A DNA stretch of 64,000 bases, taken from Eledone cirrhosa (Eukaryota). The notes beneath the pieces are model-generated. The model saw only the letters and a list, made by a program, of their open reading frames with translations, did not search any database and was not told the origin of the DNA. Below, in pieces: positions 1-11,538 of the stretch (position 1 is its first letter; each line of letters opens with the position of its first letter). The stretch is taken from contig OZ024760.1 in NCBI GenBank assembly GCA_964016885.1, forward strand, positions 29,636,001 to 29,700,000, given 5' to 3'. Made by a program: the position numbers and the translations under genes.

Positions 1-82
1 CACACACACACACAACACAACACACAGATTGATAAACTTGACACACACATACAGAAATACATATATATATACATATATATAT

Positions 83-268
83 CTAGGGCGGGTAAAATTC
101 CCGAGATCCATGGACGAGTTCTCTCCAGCGGTCTCTGTCCCTCATTATTGCTGCCATGTCCTACAGACCAGTGTCTGTCCTTAGGACATCAACATACGTT
201 AACCTTGGTCTTCCTCTTCCAGTGTGTCCATGTAGGGGCTCCCACAGGAGCACTGAGTGCAGTGTCAA
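83..268 (-). mobile_element. 3' terminal fragment of an RTE/RTE-X-like non-LTR retrotransposon (degenerate)
   Basis: Minus-strand translation SVLLWEPLHGHTGRGRPRLTYVDVLRTDTGL*DMAAIMRDRDRWRELV matches the RTE C-terminal pattern (GRGRP...DR..WR); internal stop; ends in (TA)n. Confidence 0.75.
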
Positions 269-408
269 CATATATTTATATTTATAAGTAGAAGTGGTAT
301 TTAATTTGTTGGAAGTCCGACAAACATAAATGTTTATAACTGATTTAGAGCACCCAACAGTTTATTGGAGTAAATATTCAATGATATTAAATAAATGGAA
401 ACTATATT

Positions 409-472
409 TATTTTATTATATATATTTCAAGGGTACCAAGACAACATTGGTACGCTTTCATCAGATAAAATA
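409..472 (-). ncRNA. Type I hammerhead ribozyme motif, family A, intact core
   Basis: Minus strand reads TATTTTAT-CTGATGA-aagcgtacca..tggtaccctt-GAAA-TATATA-TA-ATAAAATA: 8-bp stem I, canonical core, stem II, palindromic stem III, AUA cleavage triplet. Confidence 0.85.
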
Positions 473-522
473 CAAAGTTTGTTTTATAAATAGAGACGTA
501 CCCATTTATAAAACAAACTTTG

Positions 523-583
523 TATTTTATCTGATGAAAGCGTACCAATGTTGTCTTGGTACCCTTGAAATATATATAAAATA
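523..583 (+). ncRNA. Hammerhead ribozyme motif, family A, 3-nt deletion at the cleavage site
   Basis: CTGATGA 531-537, GAAA 567-570, followed by TATAT-ATAAAATA (3 nt shorter than the intact copy). Confidence 0.7.
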
Positions 584-623
584 AATATGGTTTTATAAAT
601 ATAGTTTCCATTTATTTAATATC

Positions 624-802
<179 letters not shown>

Positions 803-1428
803 TCAATACATGAAAAATGAAAAATAATCACATTTACTTACAAACGCTGCTTATTACTCATAATTGAGGCCAGAAAATCATGAAAACCTCAAGAACTGTG
901 TATATATGTATATATATATATATTATATATGCTTATGTGTGTGTATATATATATGTGTTGTTATATGTAAAAATAGGATTAGTAATTTACGGTGGCATTC
1001 GATAGTAAACCGTGTGTCAGGTGTTGTCATAGTGCTCGCTTGGTTGCTATAGAAACAGAGAGAGAAAGAGAGACAGTGTGTGGACGGAGACAGAGTGAGA
1101 GAGAGTGAGAGGGATAAAGAGAAAATGGAGAGAGATAGAGAGAGGAAAAATGGGACAGAGACGGAGAGTGGAGAGAGACGATAGGGAGAGATTTCCTAGA
1201 CAAGGAAGATAAGTCATAAAGCACAATAAACGGGAAGGGGTAAGGCAAGAGTTATCTGCTCTTGCTGATTATACGGAGTGTCCTAAAAAAACAGCTACCC
1301 TCTTTAAATGAAAATAAATGTACTATTGGGTTAGAAACAAGACTAATGGTTAAATATGAGTACATTGGGGGGGGGGGGGCACTGTATTATATAATATACA
1401 CGGAATGATGGAGTGTCACGATAGTTAA

Positions 1429-1433
<5 letters not shown>

Positions 1434-1492
<59 letters not shown>
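1434..1492. repeat. (AT)n microsatellite at the left boundary of the PLE
   Basis: Visible run. Confidence 0.95.
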
Positions 1493-1495
<3 letters not shown>

Positions 1496-1990
1496 GAGGT
1501 TATATTTAATTTGCTGGGATTCAACAAGCTTAAACATTTTTATAACTGATATAAAACACTCAACAGTTTATGGAGTAAATATTCAATATATTAATAAATG
1601 GAAACTATATTTATAAAACCATAATTATTTTATTATATATATTTCAAGGGCAACCAAGACAAATTTTGGTGCGCTTTCATCAGATAAAATACAAATTTGT
1701 TTTATAAATATTGACATACCCGCATAAAGACAACCTTAACGGTTGAGGTTCGCTGGAAAGTGGAAAAAATATTTTATTGAGGGTGATTCAAAGTTATGAG
1801 TAAGTATGCAAATGAGTGTCAGACAAATTGAAAAAACATCGGTTTATTTAAATTAAACTGTTGGAAGAAAATAGTGAAAGGGAGAGAGAAAAGGGAGAGA
1901 GAAAAAATATTGAAAGGGAGAGAGAAAAAATAGTGAAAGGGAGAGAGAAAAAATAGTGAAAGGGAGAGAGAAAAAAAAGAGAAAGAGAGA
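1496..1990 (-). repeat. Inverted pseudo-LTR of the PLE (1584-1990) plus ~90-nt tail extension (1496-1583)
   Basis: High-identity inverted match to ~11165-11542; the extension matches 290-379. Confidence 0.88.
1626..1691 (-). ncRNA. Type I hammerhead ribozyme motif, family A, intact core
   Basis: Minus strand: TATTTTAT-CTGATGA-aagcgcaccaa..ttggttgccctt-GAAA-TATATA-TA-ATAAAATA. Confidence 0.85.
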
Positions 1991-2384
1991 AATCGGACTC
2001 GTTTATAAGAAGACTTAGATGGCGTGCTTTTCATTTCGATAAAAAAATCAGATGAAAAAGAAAATAAATCCAACTTCGATAGGATCTTCAAATCCAAGAA
2101 AAATCCACCTACCAACAAATTATTAATGGAATTTGAAAATGAAATTATTTCAATCATACAAAACATTAAATTTAAGAAAAACCATTTTGTAGGCCAGGAT
2201 TACCTCAAAAGTCTTAAAAATAATATAGAAAATTTTGAAAGAACTGAAAAAATTCTTGTTAAATCTGATAAAACCAACAATCTATATGGAATGCAATAAT
2301 AATCTTATATTGAAGGAATTAAGGAAAAATTACAAGAGAGCAACCAATGATGACCTTGAAATACTAAATAGAGAAGCTAATAAT

Positions 2385-2507
2385 TGTTTCTACGTTAGGA
2401 ACAAGGCCAGCAATTACCCAGTGTATTACTGGTACTTTATTTTATCGACCCCGTAAGGATGAAAGGCAAAGTTAACCTCGGCAGAATTTGAACTCAGAAT
2501 GGCAACG
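2385..2507 (-). mobile_element. tRNA-derived SINE family 1, 5'-truncated copy
   Basis: Matches four other copies; 17-bp TSD ATAGAGAAGCTAATAAT at 2368-2384 and 2508-2524. Confidence 0.9.
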
Positions 2508-3440
2508 ATAGAGAAGCTAATAATGCAAAGATTAGGCATCGAAAATAGGACTGAACCCTTTATACCTAAAAAACCAAAAATTAATTTGAAAGACCACAAA
2601 ATAAATTTTGAAATAGAATTACCAGTTAGACTTATATCACCATCTAAATCGAACCTAGGCATAGTTAGCAAAAATATCTTAGATAGAATCATACCGCAAC
2701 TTAAAGAAATATCTTACTTAAAATTATGGAATGGGACTAATGAAGTTATAGACTGGTTTAAGGACAAACAATATAAGCATAACAATAAATTCATTCAATT
2801 GGATATTGCAAATTATTACTCATCTATCACTCCTAATTTACTTAATAAAGCCCTTACATACGCATCTAAATATACTGATTTATCTAGCGATGAAATCCAC
2901 ATCATCTTAACTGCACGTAAAACCTAAATTAAATTTAACAACCATCTTTGGACTAGAGCAGATAGGGATAACAATTACGATATTACTATGGGATCATCGG
3001 ACTCGGCGCAATTAACGGATCTCGTGAGGATTTTTATTAACAATACATTACATAGAAAAATACCGGAGATGACCGGTGGTTTATATCGTGATGATATGCT
3101 ATTGCTAATTGAAAATAATAATAATTGTGAAATCAATAGAAAAAGAAAATCAATAATACAATTTTTTAATAGCTTTAATCTTAAGGTAGAGAATAATTAT
3201 AAAATAGTTAATTTTTTAGATGTAACATTAAACCTTAATACTGGTCTATATTATCCATTTCATAAAATCAATGAGAATTTAAACTATGTTAACTTTAATT
3301 CCAATCACCCGAGATCCGTTAAGAACACTATCGTAAATTCCGTACAGCAACGTATTTCTAGAATTTCAGCGAATAAAAATATATTTGAAGATAAGGCACA
3401 GTATTATAACGAAGCTTTAAGTAGAGCAGGCTATAATAAT

Positions 3441-3628
3441 TGTTTCTACTTTTGGCACAAGGCCAGCAATTATCCCAGTGCATTACTGGTACTTTATTTT
3501 ATCGACCCCGTAAGGATGAAAGGCAAAGTTAACCTCGGCGGGATTTGAACTCAGAATGGCAAGGGCCGTAACTCTATGCGTCAAAGCAGGGCATCCGACC
3601 CTCTACCGATACTGCCAACCCACCGCCC
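3441..3628 (-). mobile_element. tRNA-derived SINE family 1, full length
   Basis: Minus strand has A-box-like TGGCAGTATCGG, B-box GAGTTCAAATCC, central GCCTTTCATCCTTACGGGGTCGATAAAATAAAGTACC (Meta-domain-like, from recall) and ATT tail; 14-bp TSD CAGGCTATAATAAT at 3427-3440 and 3633-3646. Confidence 0.92.
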
Positions 3629-3904
3629 AGATCAGGCTATAATAATGAAATTAAATACATCGACAATAAAGATACCCCAATTAACCATAATTATAATTAT
3701 AATTATAATAAGAAAGCTAGCACAAACTCTAAAATTAAAAGAAGAAATAGAACTAGAAATGTGTTATGGTTCGCTCCTCCTTTCTCATTAAGTATTAAAA
3801 CTCCTTTAGCTAAACTATTTTTTAAAGCTCTCGATAATTGTTTCCCCAAGACACATAGGTATCATGCAATCTTTAACAGACATACAATTAAACTATCATA
3901 TTCT

Positions 3905-4087
3905 TTCAACAGCAGAAATGTAGAGATGAAATATACGTTTATTTTTTGATGTAGCACAAACAATGGTGTTGTACAGAGGCTGGTTTCTGGCGTGGGATCC
4001 GTCGGCTTTCCAGTGGCTGTCTGTCTTTTCTTTCTGGCGTTCTCAACCGGCGTTGTTCTATCAAGGAGCGTGAGGCGTCTTACTACA
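3905..4087 (-). repeat. 3' LTR, missing ~52 bp of its U5 end
   Basis: Near-identical direct repeat of 9193-9373; starts TGTAGTAAG on minus. Confidence 0.92.
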
Positions 4088-4312
4088 GTACCTCGAGCCA
4101 GATTTTCAAATTATCGAAAATCGATGTCATTACTCACATGTGGAGTAAGATGGCGAACAATGCAACAAGGGGGAGCTATCCGCTCTAGCAAAAATTGAAT
4201 CCAGAACAAGGATTTGAAAAATGTTAAAAAAAAAACGACATGCATGCATAAAAAAACAAGGCAAAGAAAAAGCAGAAACACAGAGGCAAAAAAAAGGTGC
4301 AGCTAACATAGT

Positions 4313-7300
4313 CTAAATATAGACGGTGCTGCAAAATTTTTTGGGCCAGTGGACCCTACGACCTGAACGGGTCGTGGTCTTGTAACGTGGCGATGGTGGT
4401 GGTGTAGGGACAGGCGATGATGGTGGTTCAGGAACAGTCGTTCGCTCAACAGGCAAATACGAAGGGGTTCGTGGATCAGGAACCACAGCGTCCGTGTCAA
4501 GGTGCGCCTGCTTAAGTCTGTCTAATGTAACTGTCTCCCTGGACCCCTTAATATCTAACGTGAAATGCTTAGCCGAGCGCGCTAAGACACGGTAAGGTCC
4601 AGTGTAAGGCTGTGTGAGCGGGGGCTTCACCGTATCATTCCTTACAAAGACATGCGTCCACGAGGCAATATCCCTCGGGACAGCAGTCTTGACAGTTTGT
4701 TTCCTAGTGTCCATTGGCGGCAAATCCTGGAAATAGGAGCGCAAACGGGACACGTAGGAAGCGTGATCTTGGGCATCAAGATCGATAGGGGCAAGCATTT
4801 GCCCGGGCAACGTCACAGGGGCACCGTACAGTACTTCGGCCGGTGAAAATCCAAAGTCGACCTTCACCGTTGACCGAATCCCTAGTAGCACAATAGGGAG
4901 GTACTCGCTCCAATGCGCCGAGTCCATTGAGGCCATTAAGGAGGCCTTCAGTTGGCGGTGAAAACGCTCCACCATACCATTCGAAGCGGGATGGTATGCC
5001 GTAGTTCTAATGCGTTTAGCACCAATTAATTTTGACAGCTCGAGGAAAAGGCTCGACTAGAACTGTCATCCACGGTCGGTAGTTATTGTGGATGGAACTC
5101 CATAACGAGAGATCCATCCAGACACAAGAGCACGTGCTGTTGTCTCCGCGGTGATGTTTTTCAAGGGGATGGCCTCAGGCCATCTCGAAAAACGGTCAAT
5201 GACGGTAAGTAGATAAGAAAAACCATCGCTGACAGGCCAAGGTCCCACTATGTCAATATGAATATGTGAAAAACGCGCATCTGGGTTAGCAAAGGTACCC
5301 AGGGGAGCCTTGACGTGTCGATGGACCTTTGATCTCTGGCAAGCGACGCAGGAACGGCACCAAACAGCAATTTCACGCCTCATATTTGGCCAGAAAAATC
5401 TAGCTGATATGAGCTTTGCTGTGGCAGAAGATCCTGGATGCGAGATACAATGTAATCCCAGAAACACGGTCCGACGATGATTCTCTGGAACGAAGGGCCT
5501 AGGCACGTCCAAAGAGATGTCGCAGAGAATTTGGCCAACTGCAGTCGACAGAGGCAAGTATTTCATCTCGCAATTCGCAAACTCGGGCGATGTGACATCC
5601 AATGACTCAAGGGGAGGCTGATACGCAGCCAAACGAGTCAGGTCTATGTCAGAGGATGACGAGATCGCTGTCACGAGTAAGCGGGACAAAGCATCGGCCG
5701 CTGTATTTAGTGAACCCGGAATGTTCTGGATATCACTCGTATATTGCGAGATGAAATCAAGGTGTCTCGTCTCTCTGGGCGAGTATTTATCAGCCTTCGC
5801 TCTCAAAGCAAAAGTCAATGGTTTATGGTCAGTGAGGATAGTAAATTGTCTACCCTCTAGCACATGTGAAAAATGTTTCACGGCCAAATAGATGGCTAAA
5901 AGCTCTCTTCCAAAGGTGCTGTAGCGCGTCTCAGCAGGATTTAGCTTTTTGGAAAAAAACTCCAGCGGTTGCTGGTAACCATTGATGTTTTGCTGTAGTA
6001 GTACTGCGCCCACAGCGATATCCGATGCATCAACACAAAGCGTTAGCTTTGCACCGGGTACCGGGTGAGTCAGTAACGAAGCATTAGCCAAAACAGTTTT
6101 GGCGTGCTGAAAATCAGCAAGTTGAGTGTCTGTCAAAGAAATATCTTTGTTCTTCCTCCGACAATTTTTCAAAATTTCTGTCAGGGAGAAAAGCAATTTT
6201 GCACAATTTGGCACGAAACGCCTATAAAAATTAACCAGACCTAAGAACTGGCGTAACTGACGTAGTGAGGTCGGTGGAGGCAAATCCTCTATGACCTTAA
6301 CTCGCTCAGGCCGGGGTCGAATACCGTCAGCATCGATGATGTGACCCAAGAAAGTCAGTGACTCAGCACCAAAAACACATTTGGGTGCATTAAGCTGCAC
6401 GTTATACGCCTTCAATCGGCGGAAAAGAAGATTCAAATGGTGCGTATGCTGCTCAGGAGAAGAACTAGCAATGAGCAGATCGTCAATATAGGTATAGACG
6501 AAATCGAGGCCGCGAGTAACCTCATCCATAAACCGCTGAAAAGTACTAGCGGCGTTCCTTAATCCGAACGGCATAGTCAAAAACTCGAAAGACCCAAACG
6601 GCGTAACTATAGCCGTTTTTGGAATGTCATTTTTATGGACAGGAATTTGATGGTACGCACGAATTAAATCCAGTTTGGAGAATATCTTGCATCCCTGCAA
6701 CAAAGACGCAAAGTCTTGCAGATGAGGGATAGGATAACGGTCCGGTACCGTTATCGAATTCAGGCGTCGATAATCTTCAGTAGGTCTCCAATCGCCATTC
6801 GCTTTCGGTACCATGTGTAATGGGGACGCCCACGGGCTCGTGGACGGACGAATAATCCCCATTTGCAGCATATGATCAAACTCTGATCGTGCTGCTTTGA
6901 GTTTGTCCGGAGGCAAGCGACGAGGACGAGAGAAAACGGGAGCACCAGTTGTAGATATGAAGTGCTCCGTGGTATGAGTTGGTTCATCAAATCGAAAATT
7001 TCCCCGAGTCAGTTGCGGGAACGAGTTCAACAACGCATGGAAAGGATCACCGGTGTTAGCAAGAAAAAATGTCGGGCTAACCATTGGAACTCCTGCTGCC
7101 TTGCCAACAACAGTTAATCCCGTGATGCCATCAATTAGGCGTTTACCACGAAGGTCCACCGTCAATGAAAAATGGTGGAGAAAATCCGCGCCTAGAATCG
7201 GATACGGCAAGGCAGCGACAGTAAATATCCATTTAAACTCGCGCCGCAGATTACGAAACTGCAAAGGTAACGAGATTTGTCCGAAAGTTCGAATCGGCGA

Positions 7301-7507
7301 ACAATTTACTGCCTGCAACTCAATAGGCGTCTCAGGGGGAGTCTCCTTCATACAACACACAGGCCATACGGAACAAGCTGCACCTGTGTCAACCAGAAAA
7401 GCTCTACCTGACAGCAGGTCCTCAATGAAAAAGTGGCGGTTAGATGTTTCGCAGAGCGCACTATCCGCCGTTAGTGACTCTGGTCGTCTTTTCCCTCGTA
7501 AGCACAA
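4313..7507 (-). pseudogene. pol: Gypsy pol (protease, RT, RNase H, integrase) with two in-frame nonsense codons in integrase
   Basis: LVDTGA, YIDD, DAS..ELLAI..TDH, HHCC finger (H..SHPG..CVAC), TDRG*QF*S (TGA 5066-5068, TAG 5057-5059), same frame continues to NGMVERFHR and YTGPYRV. Confidence 0.93.
7452..7495 (-). promoter_or_regulatory. Putative -1 ribosomal frameshift signal
   Basis: G GGA AAA heptamer (7495-7489) in the gag frame, pol in the -1 frame, hairpin CAGAG-T-CACTA..TAGTG-CG-CTCTG 6 nt downstream. Confidence 0.75.
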
Positions 7508-8250
7508 GGAGGCCTACAACGGGCGGCTTTTTTACCATATCTTTCATGGTAATAACAATATGGTGTTCCTGGTGTGTTGGAAGGGCTACGGTGGCGAGAA
7601 GTTGAATAACGTCGTGAGTGGCTCGTCTGCCGTCCAAAGGACCTGAATTCCTTGCACAACTCCGCCATTTGACGAGTCATGGCTTCCATTGCGGTGATTA
7701 AATTGCCATCAGACGCTGATGAGCGTGATTGAGGAAGAGAAGAGGAAGCAACGAACTTTGGCTTCGAAGTGTCTCTCTTCGTCACCTCTACAATTTTGTC
7801 AGCAGAGACAGCAATGTGATCCAGGGTATTCACCTCTAGCATATGGGCTAGGATCGCCTGTACCTCTTGAGGTAGGCGAGAGAAGAACAATTGCTTCAGG
7901 AAAGGGCTATCCTGATTTTGGGAATCGCTCAAATCCCGCAAATGCCGGAGAAAAGCGGTAGGGGTCCTGTCACCTAATCGTTCGTCCTCGATCAGTGACC
8001 GAAAACGACTCTCTACCGACTTACAATTCCTCCTCAAAATCTCGCCCTTCAAAAACTCATACGTCAAGTCAGAGGGGGGGGGGTCTGTAATTAGGTCTTG
8101 GACCGAATCTGCTAGATTAGGGGGAAGGCCGCTAATCAGTACAGCGAGGCGCTGGTCAGATTCGGTCTTACAGACCGTAAAATACGCCTGTAACTGGGCA
8201 ATCCACATCTTAGGTTTTCCAGTAAAGGCGGGCAAATGTGGCACATTCAT
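7471..8250 (-). CDS. gag: Gypsy gag polyprotein (259 aa)
   Basis: Intact ORF with [19 protein letters not shown] and [18 protein letters not shown] (CHCC) motifs. Confidence 0.9.
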   Translation of the reverse strand: MNVPHLPAFTGKPKMWIAQLQAYFTVCKTESDQRLAVLISGLPPNLADSVQDLITDPPPSDLTYEFLKGEILRRNCKSVESRFRSLIEDERLGDRTPTAFLRHLRDLSDSQNQDSPFLKQLFFSRLPQEVQAILAHMLEVNTLDHIAVSADKIVEVTKRDTSKPKFVASSSLPQSRSSASDGNLITAMEAMTRQMAELCKEFRSFGRQTSHSRRYSTSRHRSPSNTPGTPYCYYHERYGKKAARCRPPCAYEGKDDQSH

Positions 8251-9120
8251 GTTAACTTTTATAAAAAAAATATATACATATATATCTAAACAGCAATTAA
8301 TGTACCCTTGTACAGTGAAAAGAGAACAGCCAATATTGAGAAAAAGTTAAAGGGCAAAAAGAAACAGACATTCAAAACATAAGGAAATATGAAAAATACA
8401 TAAAATACAGATATATATCTTTTAAAAAAAAATTTTCCTTCAACGTCTGTCCCCTCGCGATGCTTCAACGAACCAGCCAAATCAAATAAGGTAAAAAAGA
8501 GGAGGAGAAAAAAAAATGTTTGTTTTTTTAAAAAAAATATATCCGCGTTGGATATCAACAAAGGTAACCGTTGGTAAAAAATCCCTTAGAAAAAGGTAAG
8601 GCATGTATATCCCCATGCTGGGCAGTTATGTTCACAAAAAAAAGTTTAGTCTCTTCTCTCTTGATCAGTCATGGAACACACACGCAATTCAAAAAATGTG
8701 TCCGTTACAAAACTGGGACGGAACGCAACGCCACCTTGGAAAAATACACTTTTTTCTTTTTTCTTCTGTAAGTTGCGAAAAAGTTGGCAACGGAAATGGA
8801 ATATTCAAGTGAATAAAAAAAAATTGCTCTAAATTATCGACACGAATGAATCGTTTTGATATTTCCGATGTGTGGTGGTTTGCGTCGGTAAGGCTATGAA
8901 GCTGCCACTCACTATTCCCTGTTTTGGTCAGTGGTTAAACAATGTTGTCGCTGCTGCTGCTGTCGTTGTTGTTGTCGAGTGTAGCAAAAAGTTTTTGAAA
9001 TACTACTAATTTTTCAATAATTTTAAAAGGAATATTTTTTTATTTTCGCAAGTTGCGAAAAAAAGGCCGGCGCGTGGCAATAAAAGTTCAACTGAATGAA
9101 AAAGAAAGGGCTGCGTTAAA

Positions 9121-9138
9121 TTCTTACGTCGGTCACCA
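9121..9138 (-). promoter_or_regulatory. Primer binding site, tRNA-Trp-like
   Basis: TGGTGACCGACGT 1 nt after the LTR end; equals the tRNA-Trp complement TGGTGACCCCGACGT minus 2 C. Confidence 0.7.
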
Positions 9139-9139
9139 C

Positions 9140-9373
9140 TTTAGCAGTATTAGTTATAGATGTTATCGAGATACGAGTGACATAATAATTATTTCAACAG
9201 CAGAAATTAGAGATGAAATATACGTTTATTTTTTGATGTAGCACAAACAATGGTGTTGTACAGAGGCTGGTTTCTGGCGTGTGATCCGTCGGCTTTCCAG
9301 TGGCTGTCTGTCTTTTTTTCTGGCGTTCTCAACCAGCGTTGTTCTATCAAGGAGCGTGAGGCGTCTTACTACA
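9140..9373 (-). repeat. 5' LTR (~234 bp)
   Basis: TGTAG...CTAAA (terminal CA apparently mutated), followed by the PBS. Confidence 0.9.
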
Positions 9374-9979
9374 GGTATCATTCAATCTTTAACAGACATA
9401 CAATTAAACTATCATATTCTACCACTATATTCTAGCACAGAATATAAATAGAATCAATAATAGAAACTTAAAACTTAACCAGAATAGCATTAATACCTCT
9501 AGCAATATCCAATACAATGATACTGTTCCCAATAATATAAATTCTGATAAATGTAATTGTAGAATTAAACCTAACTGTCCTTTAAATAATAACTGTTTAG
9601 TTAAAAATGTAGTATACAATTGCAATGTCAAAACCAATGATAATTCCTTTAACTATGTCGGCTCTACTTCGACTGACTTCAAATCTCGTTTCAATAACCA
9701 TAAATGTTCCTTTACGAATATTGGTAAAACATCTTCAACCTCTTTATCCAGCTTATTATGGAACTTAAAATCCAAGAATATAAACTATTCTTTATCTTGG
9801 AATATTGTCTCCAAAGCACCAGCCTACAGAAACACAGCTTTATCCAAATTTTGCAGCTATGCGTTGAAGAAATATTCTTTATACTAAAATGTAAGAACTC
9901 TATTAATTTGCGTAATAACCTATTTGGTTCTTGTAAACATTGTTTAAATTCAACTTTTAGATATATATATAAAATGTAA
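9374..9979 (+). pseudogene. PLE linker and GIY-YIG endonuclease (frameshifted)
   Basis: Manual translation CNCRIKPNCPLNNNCLVKNVVY..YVGST..FKSRFNNHKCSF..TSLSSLLWNLK..W.I..C.LCVEE..CKH; stop at 9977-9979. Confidence 0.9.
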
Positions 9980-11432
9980 TATATGGTTAATCTTCCTTCC
10001 ATAATGTTTTCTCTATGCAAACACCTATAATCTCATTCCTCAGATTATATCCATATATGGTTCAAGAATTTAATATAATTCTAATTTTAATAACTTCGTA
10101 AATATATAAAATACACTTATTAAATTTTTAATTTACTCCTTAAAACCTTTACTTTCTAATATTTCTACTTCATAAATATACTTTATATTATTACACTTAT
10201 CAATCCTACCTCCAAAAAATATATCATAACCTTTTTGAATGACTACTTGAAATTCTTTTAAGAAAAGGTTTTCGAAAATTTTAAAAATTTTCTTTGAAAG
10301 ACTTTTTGAAAGTTTTTAAAAAAAATTTTTTGAAAAAACTTTTTGAAAGAATTTTTTGAAAGATACGGAAAAACTATTATTTTCATATCTTCCAATATTT
10401 TTATATCTTCCAATATTTTAAACATTTTTAATATTTATGTATTTTCATATATTTCCAAATACTTCTATATATTTGGAATAATGTATGGTTTGTTTTAATT
10501 ATATTTTAAGATGAATTTTTATAACTTCTTATAACTTTTTAAGAGATTTTTATGTATCCTTGGAGTCATTTGAGTTTTTTTTTAAATCCCTTTTAAACTT
10601 CCTTTAAACTTCCTTATTGTTTTTTATAATCTCAATTTTTATAGTTTTAATTTATAGTCTGAATTTTTAAATGGTTTTAGTATATACTTCTAAATAAGTA
10701 CTTAATCCTTTGTAAACTCTCGTAATTTTTCGTAATCTTTGGAATTTTTTAGGCTAAATATAATTTTGCCAAACTTACTTTAATTAAAAAAAAACAAAAC
10801 AAAACAATACTAAATATTTTTCCAATGTAAAATACTATACATTTAAATAATTTATCATCTATAGCATAACATACCCATCTAAATCCATATATTATTAATA
10901 CATCTTAATATATTTTAAATACTTCTTATTTTTAATTAAATTTAACAGTATTTTTATTTATTCTTAATTTAATTTTTAACTTATTATAAATATAGTATTA
11001 GGTTTAATATAAACATAGCATAATGAACGTTATATTTACGATTTGAGTATCCATCCCTGGAAAAGCTCATTTCTTCGCTCGCTCTTCATAAATTTTCTTC
11101 ACTATCACTCTGCATAGTCTTGTCTCTCTTTCTTTCTCCCTCTTTATCACCCTTTTTCTTTCTTCTTCTCTCTCTTTCTCTTTTTTTTTCTCTCTCCCTT
11201 TCACTATTCCTTCTCTCTCCCTTTCAATATTTTCTCTCTCTCCCTTTCTCTATTTTCTTCCAACAGTTTAATTTAAATAAACCGTTGTTTTTTCAATTTT
11301 TCTGACACTCATTTGCATACTTACTCATAACTTTGAATCACCCCCAATAAAATATTTTTTCCACTATCCAGCGAACCTCAACCCTTAAGGTTGTCTTTAT
11401 GCGGGTATGTAAATATTTATAAAACAAATTTG

Positions 11433-11500
11433 TATTTTATCTGATGAAAACGCACCAAAATTTGTCTTGGTTGCCTTGCCCTTGAAATATATATAAAATA
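11433..11500 (+). ncRNA. Hammerhead motif, family A, in the 3' pseudo-LTR; 3-nt deletion at the cleavage site
   Basis: CTGATGA 11441-11447, GAAA 11484-11487, then TATAT-ATAAAATA; TTGCC duplication in stem II. Confidence 0.7.
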
Positions 11501-11538
11501 ATTATGGCTTTATAAATATAGTTTCCATTTATTAATAT

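Larger units (their letters stand above)
1991..3904 (+). pseudogene. PLE reverse transcriptase region (frameshifts, stops, two SINE insertions)
   Basis: Motifs FIRRLRWRAFHF, KSDKTNNLY, LKDHKINF, PVRLISPSKSNLG, LDIANYYSSI, MGSSDSAQL, GLYRDD, NFLDVTLNL, SNHP, WFAPPFS, IKLSYS. Removing the SINE at 3441 and one TSD copy restores the frame RAGYNNEIKY. Confidence 0.9.
3905..9373 (-). mobile_element. Ty3/Gypsy LTR retrotransposon, CsRn1-like clade
   Basis: Two LTRs, tRNA-Trp-like PBS, gag with CHCC motif, PR-RT-RNaseH-IN domain order. Confidence 0.95.

Noticed and set aside
1246-1330. Small hairpin GCAAGAG/CTCTTGC and mariner-like end TACGGAGTGTCC
   Set aside because: No partner terminus or further homology visible; too little to call.
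5057-5068. Programmed readthrough in Gypsy pol
   Set aside because: Two stops three codons apart replace conserved residues of DRGRQFES by single substitutions; ordinary decay.
9374-11100. Selenoprotein-type Naiad (UGA recoding with SECIS)
   Set aside because: The conserved Cys positions of the nuclease are TGT/TGC, not TGA, and I saw no SECIS-like element.
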